Of a DNA stretch of 64,000 bases, positions 31,830 through 42,187 are shown in pieces. Every line of letters begins with the position of its first letter. The stretch's first letter is position 1. The DNA comes from Microcoleus sp. (GTDB lineage Bacteria > Cyanobacteriota > Cyanobacteriia > Cyanobacteriales > Microcoleaceae). Location of the stretch: assembly GCA_052279835.1 (NCBI GenBank), contig CP181291.1, positions 3,904,001 through 3,968,000 on the forward strand, in the 5' to 3' direction. Under the pieces are notes generated by a model. The model made no database searches and was not told where the DNA came from. It saw only the letters and a program-made list of their open reading frames with translations. The position numbers and the translations under genes were made by a program.

Positions 31830-32969
31830 ATGCGATCGCCAAATTATCTATTCTGCTTTCTAGAAATATTCTCCAGCGAAGGCGGGATTCAATCCTATGT
31901 TAAAGACATCCTGAAAGCTTACCTGTCTGTTAGCGCAGGGACAAATTCTCCGCCAACAGCGGAAGTTTTTTTATTGCGAGATTCCCCAAATTGCCAAAAT
32001 CCCTTCGAGTCAAAAAATCTCAAGTTTTCTTACCTCAAAACTGAGCCAGTTTGGTTTGGTCGTCTGAATTTTGCAGCTAAAATACTGATTAACTTAGTTC
32101 AAAAACGCCCTGAACGAGTTTTCTGCGGTCACATTAACCTCGCACCGCTGATTCAAACTTTGTGCGAACCTTTAGGAATTCCTTACACGATTTTAACTTA
32201 TGGTAAGGAAGTTTGGGAAACACTGCCACCTAAATATCAAATAGCGATGAGCAAAGCTGATAGTATTTGGACTATTAGCAGGTATACCCGCGATCGCACT
32301 TGCTGCAATAATCACTTAAGTCCTGAAAAATTCCACCTAGTCCCTTGTATAGTCGATGAAAATTTATTTACGATCGGTCCCAAATCGGAGGATTTATTGG
32401 TAAAATACAATCTGAGTGGTGCTAAAGTATTGATGACTGTCGCCAGATTGCGATCGACTGATAGTTACAAAGGTGTCGATGTCACAATTAAAGCTTTGCC
32501 ACAAATAGCGCTAACTTTCCCGAATGTGAAATACTTAGTGATTGGACGCGGAGACGATGAATCGAGATTAGCCAAAATTGCAGCAGATTTGGGAGTGGCT
32601 GAAAGAGTAATATTTGCGGGTTTTGTACCCACGGAAAATTTAGCGTCACATTACCGACTTGCTGATGCTTACGTGATGCCTTCTTGGGAAGGATTTGGTA
32701 TAGTTTACTTGGAAGCACTTGCTTGTGGAATACCCGTACTGGCGGGAGATGCCGACGGTTCAGCCGAGCCGCTGCAAGATGGTAAACTGGGATGGCGAGT
32801 TCCTCACCGCAATCCAGGCGCAGTAGCAGTTGCTTGTATAGAAATGCTTCAGGGGGAGGATAAAAGGTGCGATCGCCACTGGTTGAGGGAACAAACCATA
32901 GTAGAGTTTAGTTTTGGAGCCCTTTGTCAATCGATAGCAAAGATTTTTAATATATTTGGGCCAGATTGA
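31830..32969 (+). CDS. GT4 glycosyltransferase
   Basis: GGIQ, YKGVD and EGFGIVYLEA motifs. Confidence 0.92.
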   Translation: MRSPNYLFCFLEIFSSEGGIQSYVKDILKAYLSVSAGTNSPPTAEVFLLRDSPNCQNPFESKNLKFSYLKTEPVWFGRLNFAAKILINLVQKRPERVFCGHINLAPLIQTLCEPLGIPYTILTYGKEVWETLPPKYQIAMSKADSIWTISRYTRDRTCCNNHLSPEKFHLVPCIVDENLFTIGPKSEDLLVKYNLSGAKVLMTVARLRSTDSYKGVDVTIKALPQIALTFPNVKYLVIGRGDDESRLAKIAADLGVAERVIFAGFVPTENLASHYRLADAYVMPSWEGFGIVYLEALACGIPVLAGDADGSAEPLQDGKLGWRVPHRNPGAVAVACIEMLQGEDKRCDRHWLREQTIVEFSFGALCQSIAKIFNIFGPD

Positions 32970-33138
32970 GTGGCGTCAGAATACCTAGAACCCCGCAGCA
33001 CTTTCAGAAGTCCGGGATCTAACAGAATATAATAGTCGTTTAGGGAGGTAGAATGGAAAAATTAACTCCCAGACTACTGAGAATTTATTGGTTAGGATAG
33101 AACTATGCCTACCTGCAAAGACACCCAAGGAGACCATC

Positions 33139-33519
33139 GTGAACCAAGGCACCCCCAAAATTTCTTTAAAGCTACCCGCTATTAGCAATTGGCTGATACT
33201 CTTGGGAATCGCGTGGCTGTTTGCGTCACTGGGTTTGGGTTGGGTAGTTAAATCGATTTTTATTTTAGTAGGTTTTTTGCTACTTACACCTGTGGTTGCT
33301 TTTTTTGGTCTCCAGTGGTGGCTGAAACGCAACTTGGTTGAAAGTAAATGTCCCGTCTGTGGGAATGAATTTACAGCGTTAAATCAAACTCAGTGTCAGT
33401 GTGCCAACTGCGGTGAACCTTTGAAGGTAGAACAAGGTCATTTTAGTAGGTTGACACCGCCCGGTACGATCGATGTTACCGCAGTTGAAGTGTCAGCCGT
33501 GCAACAGTTGGAAGAATAG
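33139..33519 (+). CDS. Conserved membrane protein with CxxC...CxxC zinc ribbon
   Basis: TM segments, CPVC/CANC, PGTIDV; GTG start after an AGGAG RBS. Confidence 0.8.
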   Translation: MNQGTPKISLKLPAISNWLILLGIAWLFASLGLGWVVKSIFILVGFLLLTPVVAFFGLQWWLKRNLVESKCPVCGNEFTALNQTQCQCANCGEPLKVEQGHFSRLTPPGTIDVTAVEVSAVQQLEE

Positions 33520-33534
33520 TTAAAACAACAAATT

Positions 33535-33783
33535 TTACTTTTCCAAACGGACTGCGTACCACTGCAAAAACTTTCCAGGACCAACATCTAATTCACAATA
33601 AGTATTAATTAAATACTTGGCTTGCTCTTCCACAGAAGATATTTTTTGCACATCAGGGGGCAACTCTTCCTGGGAAGATGCTAAAATAGCTGTGAGCTTT
33701 TCTAATAATTCCGCAACGGTCAAAAACTGCTCTGGTTGATTAGTTTCTAGCACTACAAACGTATCTTCATCATACAGTGACAT
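33535..33783 (-). CDS. Chlororespiratory reduction protein 7 (CRR7) family
   Basis: FVVLE...EQFL...ELDVGPG..LQWYAVRLE. Confidence 0.85.
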   Translation of the reverse strand: MSLYDEDTFVVLETNQPEQFLTVAELLEKLTAILASSQEELPPDVQKISSVEEQAKYLINTYCELDVGPGKFLQWYAVRLEK

Positions 33784-33968
33784 AGTTTCAGAGGTTGAGG
33801 TTAATTATTTCTAAAGTTTTGTGGAATTAAGCGATCGAACTATAAAGTCTTATTGAGAGCGACAAGGCCCAAGGGTTCGATCGTGTTACAATTAAGCACC
33901 GTCAGAATTCCTATCGGATTACCGTTATTAACTTAGTTGTTAACAGAGCCGATCCAGCACTTCTGAGG

Positions 33969-34010
33969 AAATTTGTCAAGTGCAAATTTGTCAAGTGTCA
34001 AATTGTCAAG
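33969..34010 (+). promoter_or_regulatory. Triple direct repeat AAAT(T)TGTCAAG upstream of sir
   Basis: Three copies with 15-bp periodicity ending ~50 nt before the ATG. Confidence 0.45.
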
Positions 34011-34058
34011 AAATATTCGATCGATCCTTATCTAATTATAACGGATACTATACATTCC

Positions 34059-36047
34059 ATGACTACATCTTCCACTTCAGCGCCAGTGGCGCGCAAACCC
34101 TCTAAATCCGAAGGCCTCAAAGAACGCAGCAACTATTTACGAGAACCCGTTGCGACTGAATTGTTACAAGAAACCACCCACTTCACCGAAGACGGGATTC
34201 AGATTCTCAAATTTCACGGCTCCTACCAGCAAGACAACCGCGACAATCGAGTTAAAGGCCAAGAAAAAGACTATCAGTTCATGCTGCGCACCCGCAATCC
34301 CGGCGGTTTCGTGCCCCCGCAGCTATACCTCACCCTAGACAAGCTATCGGAAGAATACGGCAACCACACCCTCCGGGTGACTACTAGACAAGGGTTCCAA
34401 ATTCACGGCGTGCTGAAGAAAAATCTAAAAGTAGTGTTTTCCTCAATTATTAAAAATATGGGGTCAACCTTGGGAGCTTGTGGCGACTTGAACCGCAACG
34501 TTATGGCACCGCCAGCACCGTACAAAAATCGGCCAGAATACCAGTATGCACTGCAATACGCCAATAATGTCGCCGATTTGCTGACACCGCAAACGGGGGC
34601 TTATTACGAAATTTGGCTGGATGGGGAAAAAGCTGTTAGTGCTCAAGAAGACCCCGCGGTGAAAGCAGCCAGACAGTCCAATGGCAATGGTACAATATTT
34701 CACGACGATCGCGAAGAACCGATTTACGGCCAGCACTATATGCCGCGGAAGTTCAAATGTTCCGTGACAGTACCGGGAGATAATTCCGTTGACTTGTACT
34801 CTCAGGATTTGAGCTTAGTAGTATTTACCAACGAAGCTGGGGAGTTGGAAGGTTTTAACGTGTTTGCTGGCGGTGGTTTGGGCCGCACTCACAATAAAGA
34901 AGAGACGTTTGCGCGGGTTGCTGATGAGATTTGCTATGTTGCCAAGGATGATGTTTACAATTTGGTCAAGGCAATTGTAGCAACTCAAAGAGATTTTGGC
35001 GATCGCACAGACAGAAGACACGCCCGACTGAAATACCTAATTCACGACAAAGGTGTAAAGTGGTTCCAGGAAAAAGTAGCCGAATATTTTGGCAAGCCAC
35101 TAGAACAGTTTAAACCCTTGCCAGAATGGAAGTATTTCGATTTCTTGGGGTGGCACGAACAAGGAGACGGTAAACTGTTTTTGGGAATTTCTGTAGAAAA
35201 TGGCCGGATTAAAGATGAAGGTTCATTCCAGCTAAAAACCGCCTTGCGGGAAATCGTGCAGAAACATAACTTGCCGATGTTGGTGACACCGCACCAAAAT
35301 GTGCTGATTTATGATATTTCACCAAACATCAAACAGGAAATTCAGGGAATTCTATCACGGTGTGGGATTCAGGGCGAAACTGCGATCGACCCCTTAGTCC
35401 GCTATGCTATGGCTTGTCCTGCGATGCCGACTTGCGGCTTGGCGATTACCGAGTCAGAGCGCGTGATACCGAGCATTTTAGAGCGAATTCGGGCGCTGTT
35501 GACCAAAGTCGGCTTAGAAAACGAACATTTTGTAGTGCGAATGACTGGTTGCCCCAATGGATGCGCCCGCCCTTATATGGCAGAATTGGGATTTGTCGGG
35601 AGCTCGCCGGAATCTTACCAGATTTGGCTAGGCGGTTCTCCTGAACAAACGAGGCTGGCAAAACCAATTGAGGAAAAGCTGCACGTCAACGACTTTGAAG
35701 CTTTTCTAGAGCCAATTTTTGTTTATTTTAAACAAAAACAGCAACAAAGTGAGAGTTTTGGCAATTTTTGCGATCGCGTCGGGTTAGAATCTATCCGTCA
35801 ATTTATAACCAACTACCAATCTGCTGACTCGATGACAACTGAGATTAATGAATTAGAAGTTACATCTAGTAACGAAAATGAGAACGAGACAGCCGCGGCT
35901 ACTGGTAAAGTCCGTCGCCGAATTAGCGTTCGCGATGAAATTTACAACGAGCTCAAAGAAGAAGCAGCCCGTCAGGGTAAGCCAATCACGCAGCTAGCGA
36001 CAGAGGCAATTTCAACTTATTTGAACAAGATTAAGGAGGAAGCATAA
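34059..36047 (+). CDS. sir: Ferredoxin-sulfite reductase with C-terminal RHH-like extension
   Basis: [25 protein letters not shown] and GCPNGC (siroheme/4Fe-4S) motifs. Confidence 0.96.
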   Translation: MTTSSTSAPVARKPSKSEGLKERSNYLREPVATELLQETTHFTEDGIQILKFHGSYQQDNRDNRVKGQEKDYQFMLRTRNPGGFVPPQLYLTLDKLSEEYGNHTLRVTTRQGFQIHGVLKKNLKVVFSSIIKNMGSTLGACGDLNRNVMAPPAPYKNRPEYQYALQYANNVADLLTPQTGAYYEIWLDGEKAVSAQEDPAVKAARQSNGNGTIFHDDREEPIYGQHYMPRKFKCSVTVPGDNSVDLYSQDLSLVVFTNEAGELEGFNVFAGGGLGRTHNKEETFARVADEICYVAKDDVYNLVKAIVATQRDFGDRTDRRHARLKYLIHDKGVKWFQEKVAEYFGKPLEQFKPLPEWKYFDFLGWHEQGDGKLFLGISVENGRIKDEGSFQLKTALREIVQKHNLPMLVTPHQNVLIYDISPNIKQEIQGILSRCGIQGETAIDPLVRYAMACPAMPTCGLAITESERVIPSILERIRALLTKVGLENEHFVVRMTGCPNGCARPYMAELGFVGSSPESYQIWLGGSPEQTRLAKPIEEKLHVNDFEAFLEPIFVYFKQKQQQSESFGNFCDRVGLESIRQFITNYQSADSMTTEINELEVTSSNENENETAAATGKVRRRISVRDEIYNELKEEAARQGKPITQLATEAISTYLNKIKEEA

Positions 36048-36245
36048 GCAAATTTCCGATTGTCTGCAATAGACCTCTGAAACAAGTAGTATAAAGGCAA
36101 AGCATTGGCATAAAAAAACCTAGAATTTATCCAATAATTCCCGTGGTTATAAATGCTTTGCCTTTCTCCTCTCTTCCTCTGCGTTCTCTGCGCTCTCTGC
36201 GGTTAAATAAAAAAATATAAGAGAAAACGAGCAATCCAAAATGCA

Positions 36246-37058
36246 ATGGCTCAATTACAAAGACTAGCAGTTAATGCCCCCAAAAAATCCGACAAATCGA
36301 TAGACTTAAGCGTCGAACAACAACATTATTTACATCGCGTACTCAGGTTACAAGCAGGCGATAAATTTATTGCAATGGACGGAAGAGGGCATTGGTGGCT
36401 AGCAGTCCTAGAAGCCCAGGAAACAGGGTTAATTGCGTCGATAATAGAAGAAATCGCCATAGACAAGGAGCTTGCCGTCGAGGTTAGTTTGATGGCTGCC
36501 TTGCCCAAGGGAAACGGGTTTGATGAGGTTGTCAGACAGGCGACGGAATTGGGTGTGGCAAGTATTGTACCGGTGACGAGCGATCGCACTTTGCTGAAAC
36601 CGAGTCCTCAAAAAGTCGATCGTTGGAGGCGGATTGCAGCGGAGGCGGCGGAACAGTCGGAACGTCAATTTGTGCCCACGATTTTTGAGCCTGTTTCCTT
36701 TGATTTAGCGGTGAAAGATTGCAGTCAAAAATATCGATATATTTGTGAGGCTCGTGGGGATAATCGGCATTTGTGGGATTGTTTGATGGAATTAGAACCC
36801 CCCCAGCCCCCCTTGGTAAGGGGGGAGCAAGGATTAGAACCCGCCTTTGTAGGGGCGGTGCCCCCGTGCCCGCCCCCTGGGAGAGAATTATCGATTGTCA
36901 TAGCAATTGGCCCGGAGGGTGGATGGACGGAGGGTGAGGTGAAAAGGGCGATCGAGTTTGGTTTTGAGCCTGTTTCTTTAGGAAGTAGAATTCTCAGGGC
37001 AGTCACTGCTCCAATTGTCGCTTTATCTTTAGTTGGAACGATATTTGAAAAATCTTAA
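36246..37058 (+). CDS. rsmE: 16S rRNA m3U1498 methyltransferase (with repeat-derived insert)
   Basis: HYLHRVLRL, ATELGV, EAAEQS, IGPEGG and LGSRILRAVTA motifs. Confidence 0.95.
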   Translation: MAQLQRLAVNAPKKSDKSIDLSVEQQHYLHRVLRLQAGDKFIAMDGRGHWWLAVLEAQETGLIASIIEEIAIDKELAVEVSLMAALPKGNGFDEVVRQATELGVASIVPVTSDRTLLKPSPQKVDRWRRIAAEAAEQSERQFVPTIFEPVSFDLAVKDCSQKYRYICEARGDNRHLWDCLMELEPPQPPLVRGEQGLEPAFVGAVPPCPPPGRELSIVIAIGPEGGWTEGEVKRAIEFGFEPVSLGSRILRAVTAPIVALSLVGTIFEKS

Positions 37059-37138
37059 TATATCGAAAAAAATCAAGATACTTGCTTGGTTTGGCAATCG
37101 CAGGTAAAATGTAAATGAGTAACTATCGCAGGAGTAAT

Positions 37139-37378
37139 ATGTTACAGTCAATAGAAGGCATATATCGAAATGGCAAAATAGAGTTATTGGAAATGCCGGC
37201 AGACATAGAAGAAGCACAAGTTATTGTTACTTTTCTGCCCAAATCAGGGTTGATAGACTTACCATCTCGCGGCATCGATCGGGAACAAGCCTCAGATTTA
37301 AGGTTGCGGCTGACGAGATTTGCTCCTGATTGGGAACGACCAGAAATGGATGTTTATGATGCCTTATCATCGCGGTGA
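37139..37378 (+). CDS. Putative antitoxin of the MazF/PemK pair
   Basis: SIEGIYRNGKIEL..P....VIVTFL N-terminus and W..PEMDVYD tail; overlaps the toxin start. Confidence 0.75.
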   Translation: MLQSIEGIYRNGKIELLEMPADIEEAQVIVTFLPKSGLIDLPSRGIDREQASDLRLRLTRFAPDWERPEMDVYDALSSR

Positions 37379-37706
37379 TATCGTACTGGTTTTGTTTCCC
37401 AATGCAGACTTGCGTACTGCGAAACGTCGTCCTGCTTTGATAGTTCAAGCTAATAATCTGGGGAATGGTTTTGGACAAACAATTACGGCAATGATTACTA
37501 GCAATTTAGTGCGTTCTGGACACCCAAGCCGCGTTTTTGTTTCCTTAGCAACAGCGGAAGGAAAGCAAACGGGATTGTTAGCTGATTCGGTAATTATGAC
37601 CGACAATCTTGTGACGCTTCTCGAAGTTGAAATCGATCGCAAAATTGGTGTTTTGTCAGATATGGGAGCAGTAGATGCAGCACTCAAGCATACTTTAGCA
37701 ATCTGA
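37356..37706 (+). CDS. MazF/PemK-family toxin
   Basis: RGDIVLVLFP, KRRPALIV, ITS and GL..DS motifs. Confidence 0.92.
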   Translation: MMPYHRGDIVLVLFPNADLRTAKRRPALIVQANNLGNGFGQTITAMITSNLVRSGHPSRVFVSLATAEGKQTGLLADSVIMTDNLVTLLEVEIDRKIGVLSDMGAVDAALKHTLAI

Positions 37707-37955
37707 TAAACAGGGCGAATCGAATTCAGTAAATATGAAAACAAATTTTAAATTAATCAGGCCTACCATTTCTGCGGTAAAGAAAAATTATCAAATAGGT
37801 GAGTAGACTAGCCATCAAAAAAAAGTCTAGAAACATAATAATTACTAATTTCTCTCTGCTCTCTCTGCGTTCTCTGCGTCCTCTGTGGTTAAATAATTCC
37901 GAATTATCCATTGCAAAACCACCAAAAATTCATAAAATAGGTAAATTCAGAACCC

Positions 37956-38435
37956 ATGAAAATAGATTTGAATAAAGGTCGATCGCGCTTTTGGTCGTTA
38001 GCGTTAGCGAAGCGATCCGTTCGCCGAAGGCGTTCCCGAAGGGTAGGAAAGCCCTCGAAGAGGATCGCACTTTTGGCAATAGTCGGTACAATATCAATTT
38101 TCGCACAATCTGGGCGCTCTGTCATGGCTCAACAACTTAATTGCGATCGGCCCCAAGGCGATGTAGAAGTTAGAGCCTGTATTCGGTTGAGGTATGAACT
38201 CGCAGACAAGCGGCTGAATGATGTTTACAAACAACTGATTGCTAAGTTGAATGGGGAAGAGAAAGCCCTACTTGCAGAAGCACAATTAGGATGGATTAAA
38301 GTGCGAGATAATAGCTGCGAATTTGAAGTGTATAAAAATCGTGGCGGTAGTGGGTTTCAAGGTTTTTTGAATGAATGTTTGGAGCGAATGACTAAACAGC
38401 GTACAGCCGAATTAGAGAAATATTTACAGAAATAA
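37956..38435 (+). CDS. LprI-family (DUF1311) secreted protein
   Basis: C...C....ADKRLNDVY, AQLGWIKVRD.SC and C....TKQRTAEL. Confidence 0.85.
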   Translation: MKIDLNKGRSRFWSLALAKRSVRRRRSRRVGKPSKRIALLAIVGTISIFAQSGRSVMAQQLNCDRPQGDVEVRACIRLRYELADKRLNDVYKQLIAKLNGEEKALLAEAQLGWIKVRDNSCEFEVYKNRGGSGFQGFLNECLERMTKQRTAELEKYLQK

Positions 38436-38452
38436 AGGAGGAATAGCAATCG

Positions 38453-39028
38453 ATGCTAAAGTTAAACAATCTCACCAAGTTTGTCACATTACTAATCGGC
38501 ACAATTGTCATTTTTGCGGTTTGGGTAACATCTGTCAATGCTCAAGCGCAACTCACAGAGCGATCGCAACTAGCGCTTAATGGTATTGGTCCGATCCGAG
38601 TAGGAATGACCGTTGATGAAGCCTCAAAATCTGCTGGAGTTAAATTAATTAAAAGTGGGAGTGGTGGTCCTGACGAATATGAATGTTCCTACGTTCACCC
38701 ACAGGTCGCACCAAAAGAAATTGGCTTTATGGTAGTAAAAGGTCGTATTGCTAGAGTAGATATTAACAACAAGCGCATGACCACCCTCAGAGGAGCAAAA
38801 ATCGGGAATACTCAAGAGCAAATTATGAAGCTGTATCCAGGACAAATTAAAGTAACTCCACATCATTATGTTAGCGCTCCACCTCAAAATGGTAAATATT
38901 TAACTTTTGTCCCCAAAGATGCGGCGGACAAAAACTACCGGCTCGTTTTTGAGACTAGCAAAAATCGTGTAGATCGCTTCCGTTCTGGGAAACTTCCTGA
39001 AGTTGAGTATATAGAAGGTTGTTCGTAA
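38453..39028 (+). CDS. Secreted hypothetical protein
   Basis: Signal peptide (VNA-Q), GIGPIRVGMT, C-terminal EGCS; AGGAGG RBS. Confidence 0.8.
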   Translation: MLKLNNLTKFVTLLIGTIVIFAVWVTSVNAQAQLTERSQLALNGIGPIRVGMTVDEASKSAGVKLIKSGSGGPDEYECSYVHPQVAPKEIGFMVVKGRIARVDINNKRMTTLRGAKIGNTQEQIMKLYPGQIKVTPHHYVSAPPQNGKYLTFVPKDAADKNYRLVFETSKNRVDRFRSGKLPEVEYIEGCS

Positions 39029-39079
39029 TCAGGAAAGTAATTTTTTGGGATATTTTAGTTCAAACAAAAAGGGAAAATT

Positions 39080-39679
39080 ATGAAAATGCGGTCTATTGTT
39101 GGAATTATAATCAGTTGTACAGTGTTGGGAGTTTACTCTCTCACAAAACTCCCAACTGTAACGGCCCAGCGGCCAAATCAAGGGAAATTGCTAGCCAATG
39201 CTCAACTATCTGACAGACAAACCAATCAGCTTAAGTCTCTCGGAGTTAAAGTTGCCGTTCCTAGCTATATTCCCGCCGGATTTCAGGTGGCGAGCGTTCA
39301 AGTTAAACCTTGTCCTTCAGGAGTCCGCCGTTTTTGCCCTAACTACGCAATTATCTATCGCAACCCCAATAACTCTTGCTTTGCTATTGAATCCACCGGT
39401 GGCGGTATTGGCGATATGCCATCGGCTGACTTGGAGCAGAGTTATCCAGTCAACAATTCAATATTGGGCAAAAGCGAAGTGTTAAAATATCGTAAAAACG
39501 ATCGACTTTCTGGCCCTACTTTAATAGGATCTTGGATGGGTAAAGGCCCATTTTACAGATTTACTGGTGCGGGTTCTCGTCTTTTCTTAGATACCCCGCC
39601 TCCAGAGTTATCTAATTGTAAGGACATTAGCCCCCAAGAAGCCGTCCGGGTTTGGGAATCTCTGCGATACTTGCCATAA
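39080..39679 (+). CDS. Secreted hypothetical protein
   Basis: Signal peptide, VAVPSYIPAGF, several Cys. Confidence 0.75.
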   Translation: MKMRSIVGIIISCTVLGVYSLTKLPTVTAQRPNQGKLLANAQLSDRQTNQLKSLGVKVAVPSYIPAGFQVASVQVKPCPSGVRRFCPNYAIIYRNPNNSCFAIESTGGGIGDMPSADLEQSYPVNNSILGKSEVLKYRKNDRLSGPTLIGSWMGKGPFYRFTGAGSRLFLDTPPPELSNCKDISPQEAVRVWESLRYLP

Positions 39680-39796
39680 AACCCTCAAATAATAGCAGCA
39701 TAGTGTTCTTATTCTTGGGCGATCGCACCAGCAAAGGTACTTACACATTAAGCGTTAATTCCAATCAACTTTAATATAACTGACGCACGGGTGGCC

Positions 39797-39862
39797 AGAA
39801 ACCGGGTTTTTTTGCATTATACTTCGTTACAGCCCACAAAAGCCGCAAAAAACCCGGTTTCT
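39797..39862. repeat. Inverted-repeat element
   Basis: AGAAACCGGGTTTTT...AAAAACCCGGTTTCT. Confidence 0.8.
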
Positions 39863-39908
39863 TTGGTTCTGATGGGTAACTCCTGTTTAACAAACATCCG
39901 CCCCTATA

Positions 39909-40526
39909 TTACAGTTTTTGAATTAGACTGCTTTTGAAAACCCCATCGACAGTCACGTCTAATTCAGGAAAAGTTGGAGAAATAATGCGATCGCAGCCTG
40001 TAAACCTCTCAACCTGGTAATTCCCATCTACTAAACGGTAAACAAAAACGCTAGGAACTTTTGGATTACCCAGATAATATCGAGATGCGATCGCCAAAAA
40101 ATCCACAATCCAATACTCAAAAATACCTAACCGTTGATATTCATCTAACTTATCAACATAATCATCTTCCCAATTAGTTGACACCACCTCAACGGCTAAC
40201 TGAATCGGTTCCCTTAAAGCACCATAAGCTAATACATTGCTATTCCACAACAAGCCACTTACCACCCCCACATCAGGATTTCTACCTTGTTCTTGTCCCC
40301 CAGCCGTTACAGTTCTAACTCGGATGTCCTTATCAACGATATAATCAAGTCCTAAACGTTCGTTTTCTCCATCAAAACACTTGACCAGATAGCGCGCCAC
40401 ATTTTTATGAGCTCTTGTTGCGTCCACCTCGACAATTTCTCCGTTTACAAGTTCGTAGATGCCATAACCATCGGGATAATGTTCGAGGAAATCCTCAAAA
40501 GAAAGTTTAACTGCTGTTTGCACCAT
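39909..40526 (-). CDS. Uma2-family (PD-(D/E)xK) endonuclease
   Basis: YELVNG, PDV, VEVVS, K..EY..LGI.EYWIVD and SPTFPEL motifs. Confidence 0.93.
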   Translation of the reverse strand: MVQTAVKLSFEDFLEHYPDGYGIYELVNGEIVEVDATRAHKNVARYLVKCFDGENERLGLDYIVDKDIRVRTVTAGGQEQGRNPDVGVVSGLLWNSNVLAYGALREPIQLAVEVVSTNWEDDYVDKLDEYQRLGIFEYWIVDFLAIASRYYLGNPKVPSVFVYRLVDGNYQVERFTGCDRIISPTFPELDVTVDGVFKSSLIQKL

Positions 40527-40589
40527 AACTATTTTTTTTTATACTTGTGTGTTAATTCTAATCATTTTTAACTAAACTTAAACCAACCG

Positions 40590-40799
40590 CTACGCAAACT
40601 CAAAAACAGGTGTTTCAATCACCCTAGTAGGCTTTCTATCTTCCCAAATCATCTTCTGTAATCGTTCCACAGTCTCAGGCGAAAAAAATCGCTCTCCCGT
40701 TTCCAAACACACTGTAGCAGGAACATTTTCAATAATAATAAACTTACCAGAGATTTCCAGCGTGTAAGTTACCTTTTGTTCCACCATCGTTTCTGGCAA
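40590..40799 (-). CDS. YgiT-type zinc-finger (MqsA-like) protein, orphan
   Basis: IENVPATVCLETGERFFSPETVERLQ; no partner toxin adjacent; start uncertain. Confidence 0.7.
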   Translation of the reverse strand: MPETMVEQKVTYTLEISGKFIIIENVPATVCLETGERFFSPETVERLQKMIWEDRKPTRVIETPVFEFA

Positions 40800-40925
40800 A
40801 ATGTCATTTTATATCTATAAGTTAACATATCTATAATTTAACATATCAAAGCAAAAATTATTAACCAGTGGCGAAACCAACCCAACATCAGCCAATATAG
40901 AAACAACCTCATTCCCCCAACCACC

Positions 40926-42078
40926 ATGACAGACATCCACCAAATCGTCACCGCCCTAGAAGACAAAGAATACAAACAAGCCGCCCAACTCATCAAACAA
41001 CTACAAACAGAATCCCCAGAAAATCCCTGGGTGAAATACTACATGGCCCGTTACTACGAACTCACCAATAATCCCAAAAAAGCCGAAGCCACCTACAAAC
41101 AAATACTCCGCGACATCACCAACCCCAAAATCATCTCCCAAGCCCGCCAAGGGATTCAACGCATTGAAACCGCAACACAAGATAGACTCCAAGAAGCCAT
41201 AGAAACCGCCAAAAACGACCCCAGCAACCTCGAACCAGCACTCCTCATCCTGGAAGCAGTCAGCCCCGAAGACAAACCCGCAGCCATCCAAAATATCAGC
41301 AGAATCTTTCAAACCGACGCCTATACAACTCGGATGCAAGTTCAAAGCCGCGGCTGGAGACTCTATAAAACCGGCCCCATCGCCGAACTCCAAATCTACG
41401 GCGAAGAAACTCCTCAACGCCGGAATCCCCGTATTCTGGGGAACCCTAGCCGATATTCAAAAAATCCAAATCTTTCGAGTTCAACACTTCCAATCCCTGT
41501 CTCCCCCCATCGTCGTTTGTAAAGATACAATGGATAGACTAGGCGCGATCGCCTTTAACTGGTCAGAAATCAGCCAAAGAGTAGAAGGATTATTACCCAT
41601 GTTTATGGAAATCATGGACTACTCACCCCATCGCAGAACCGAGCAATTTCGCCACAAAGAAATCACCCAAGATTACGCTCAAATCTGCGATTTACACATC
41701 CCTAGCCGCAACTGCATTCTCCGAATTTGCGACCAAAGTTACGAATTTCAACAAGGAATTGACTTCACCCAAATTTCAGGAGATATTCCCGCTTCAGATA
41801 CCAAAAAACCCAAATCTCGTTCCCAAAAATCTCTACAAGTTCCTCAAAGTACCACCAGAATCAACTGGAATCACTTACTAGAAATGCTTGACCAACAGCT
41901 TGATGTGACAGTGTGGTCAGAATTTACTCCCTTTGCCGAGACCGTTCTCGATTACACTAATATGTTAAGCAACATCGAATCTTATGTAGAAGTCGATCGC
42001 AAATCCGAAACCCCTTGGGATGCAGCTTTCCAGCTATACAGCGGATTAGCCTTCCTAAAAAACCTAGGAAATAGGTAA
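40926..42078 (+). pseudogene. TPR-containing conserved protein split by a +1 frameshift
   Basis: Removing one A at 41407-41409 joins ...IYGEE to LLNAGIPVFW...VCKDTMDRLG of the downstream ORF. Confidence 0.8.
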
Positions 42079-42187
42079 TAGTAATAAAAACTTAAATATT
42101 AAAAATCACAAACACCCGTGTTAAATTTTTAATATTACTATTTGCAATTTTCCAATATCCTATTACCTATTACCTATTACCTATTAC

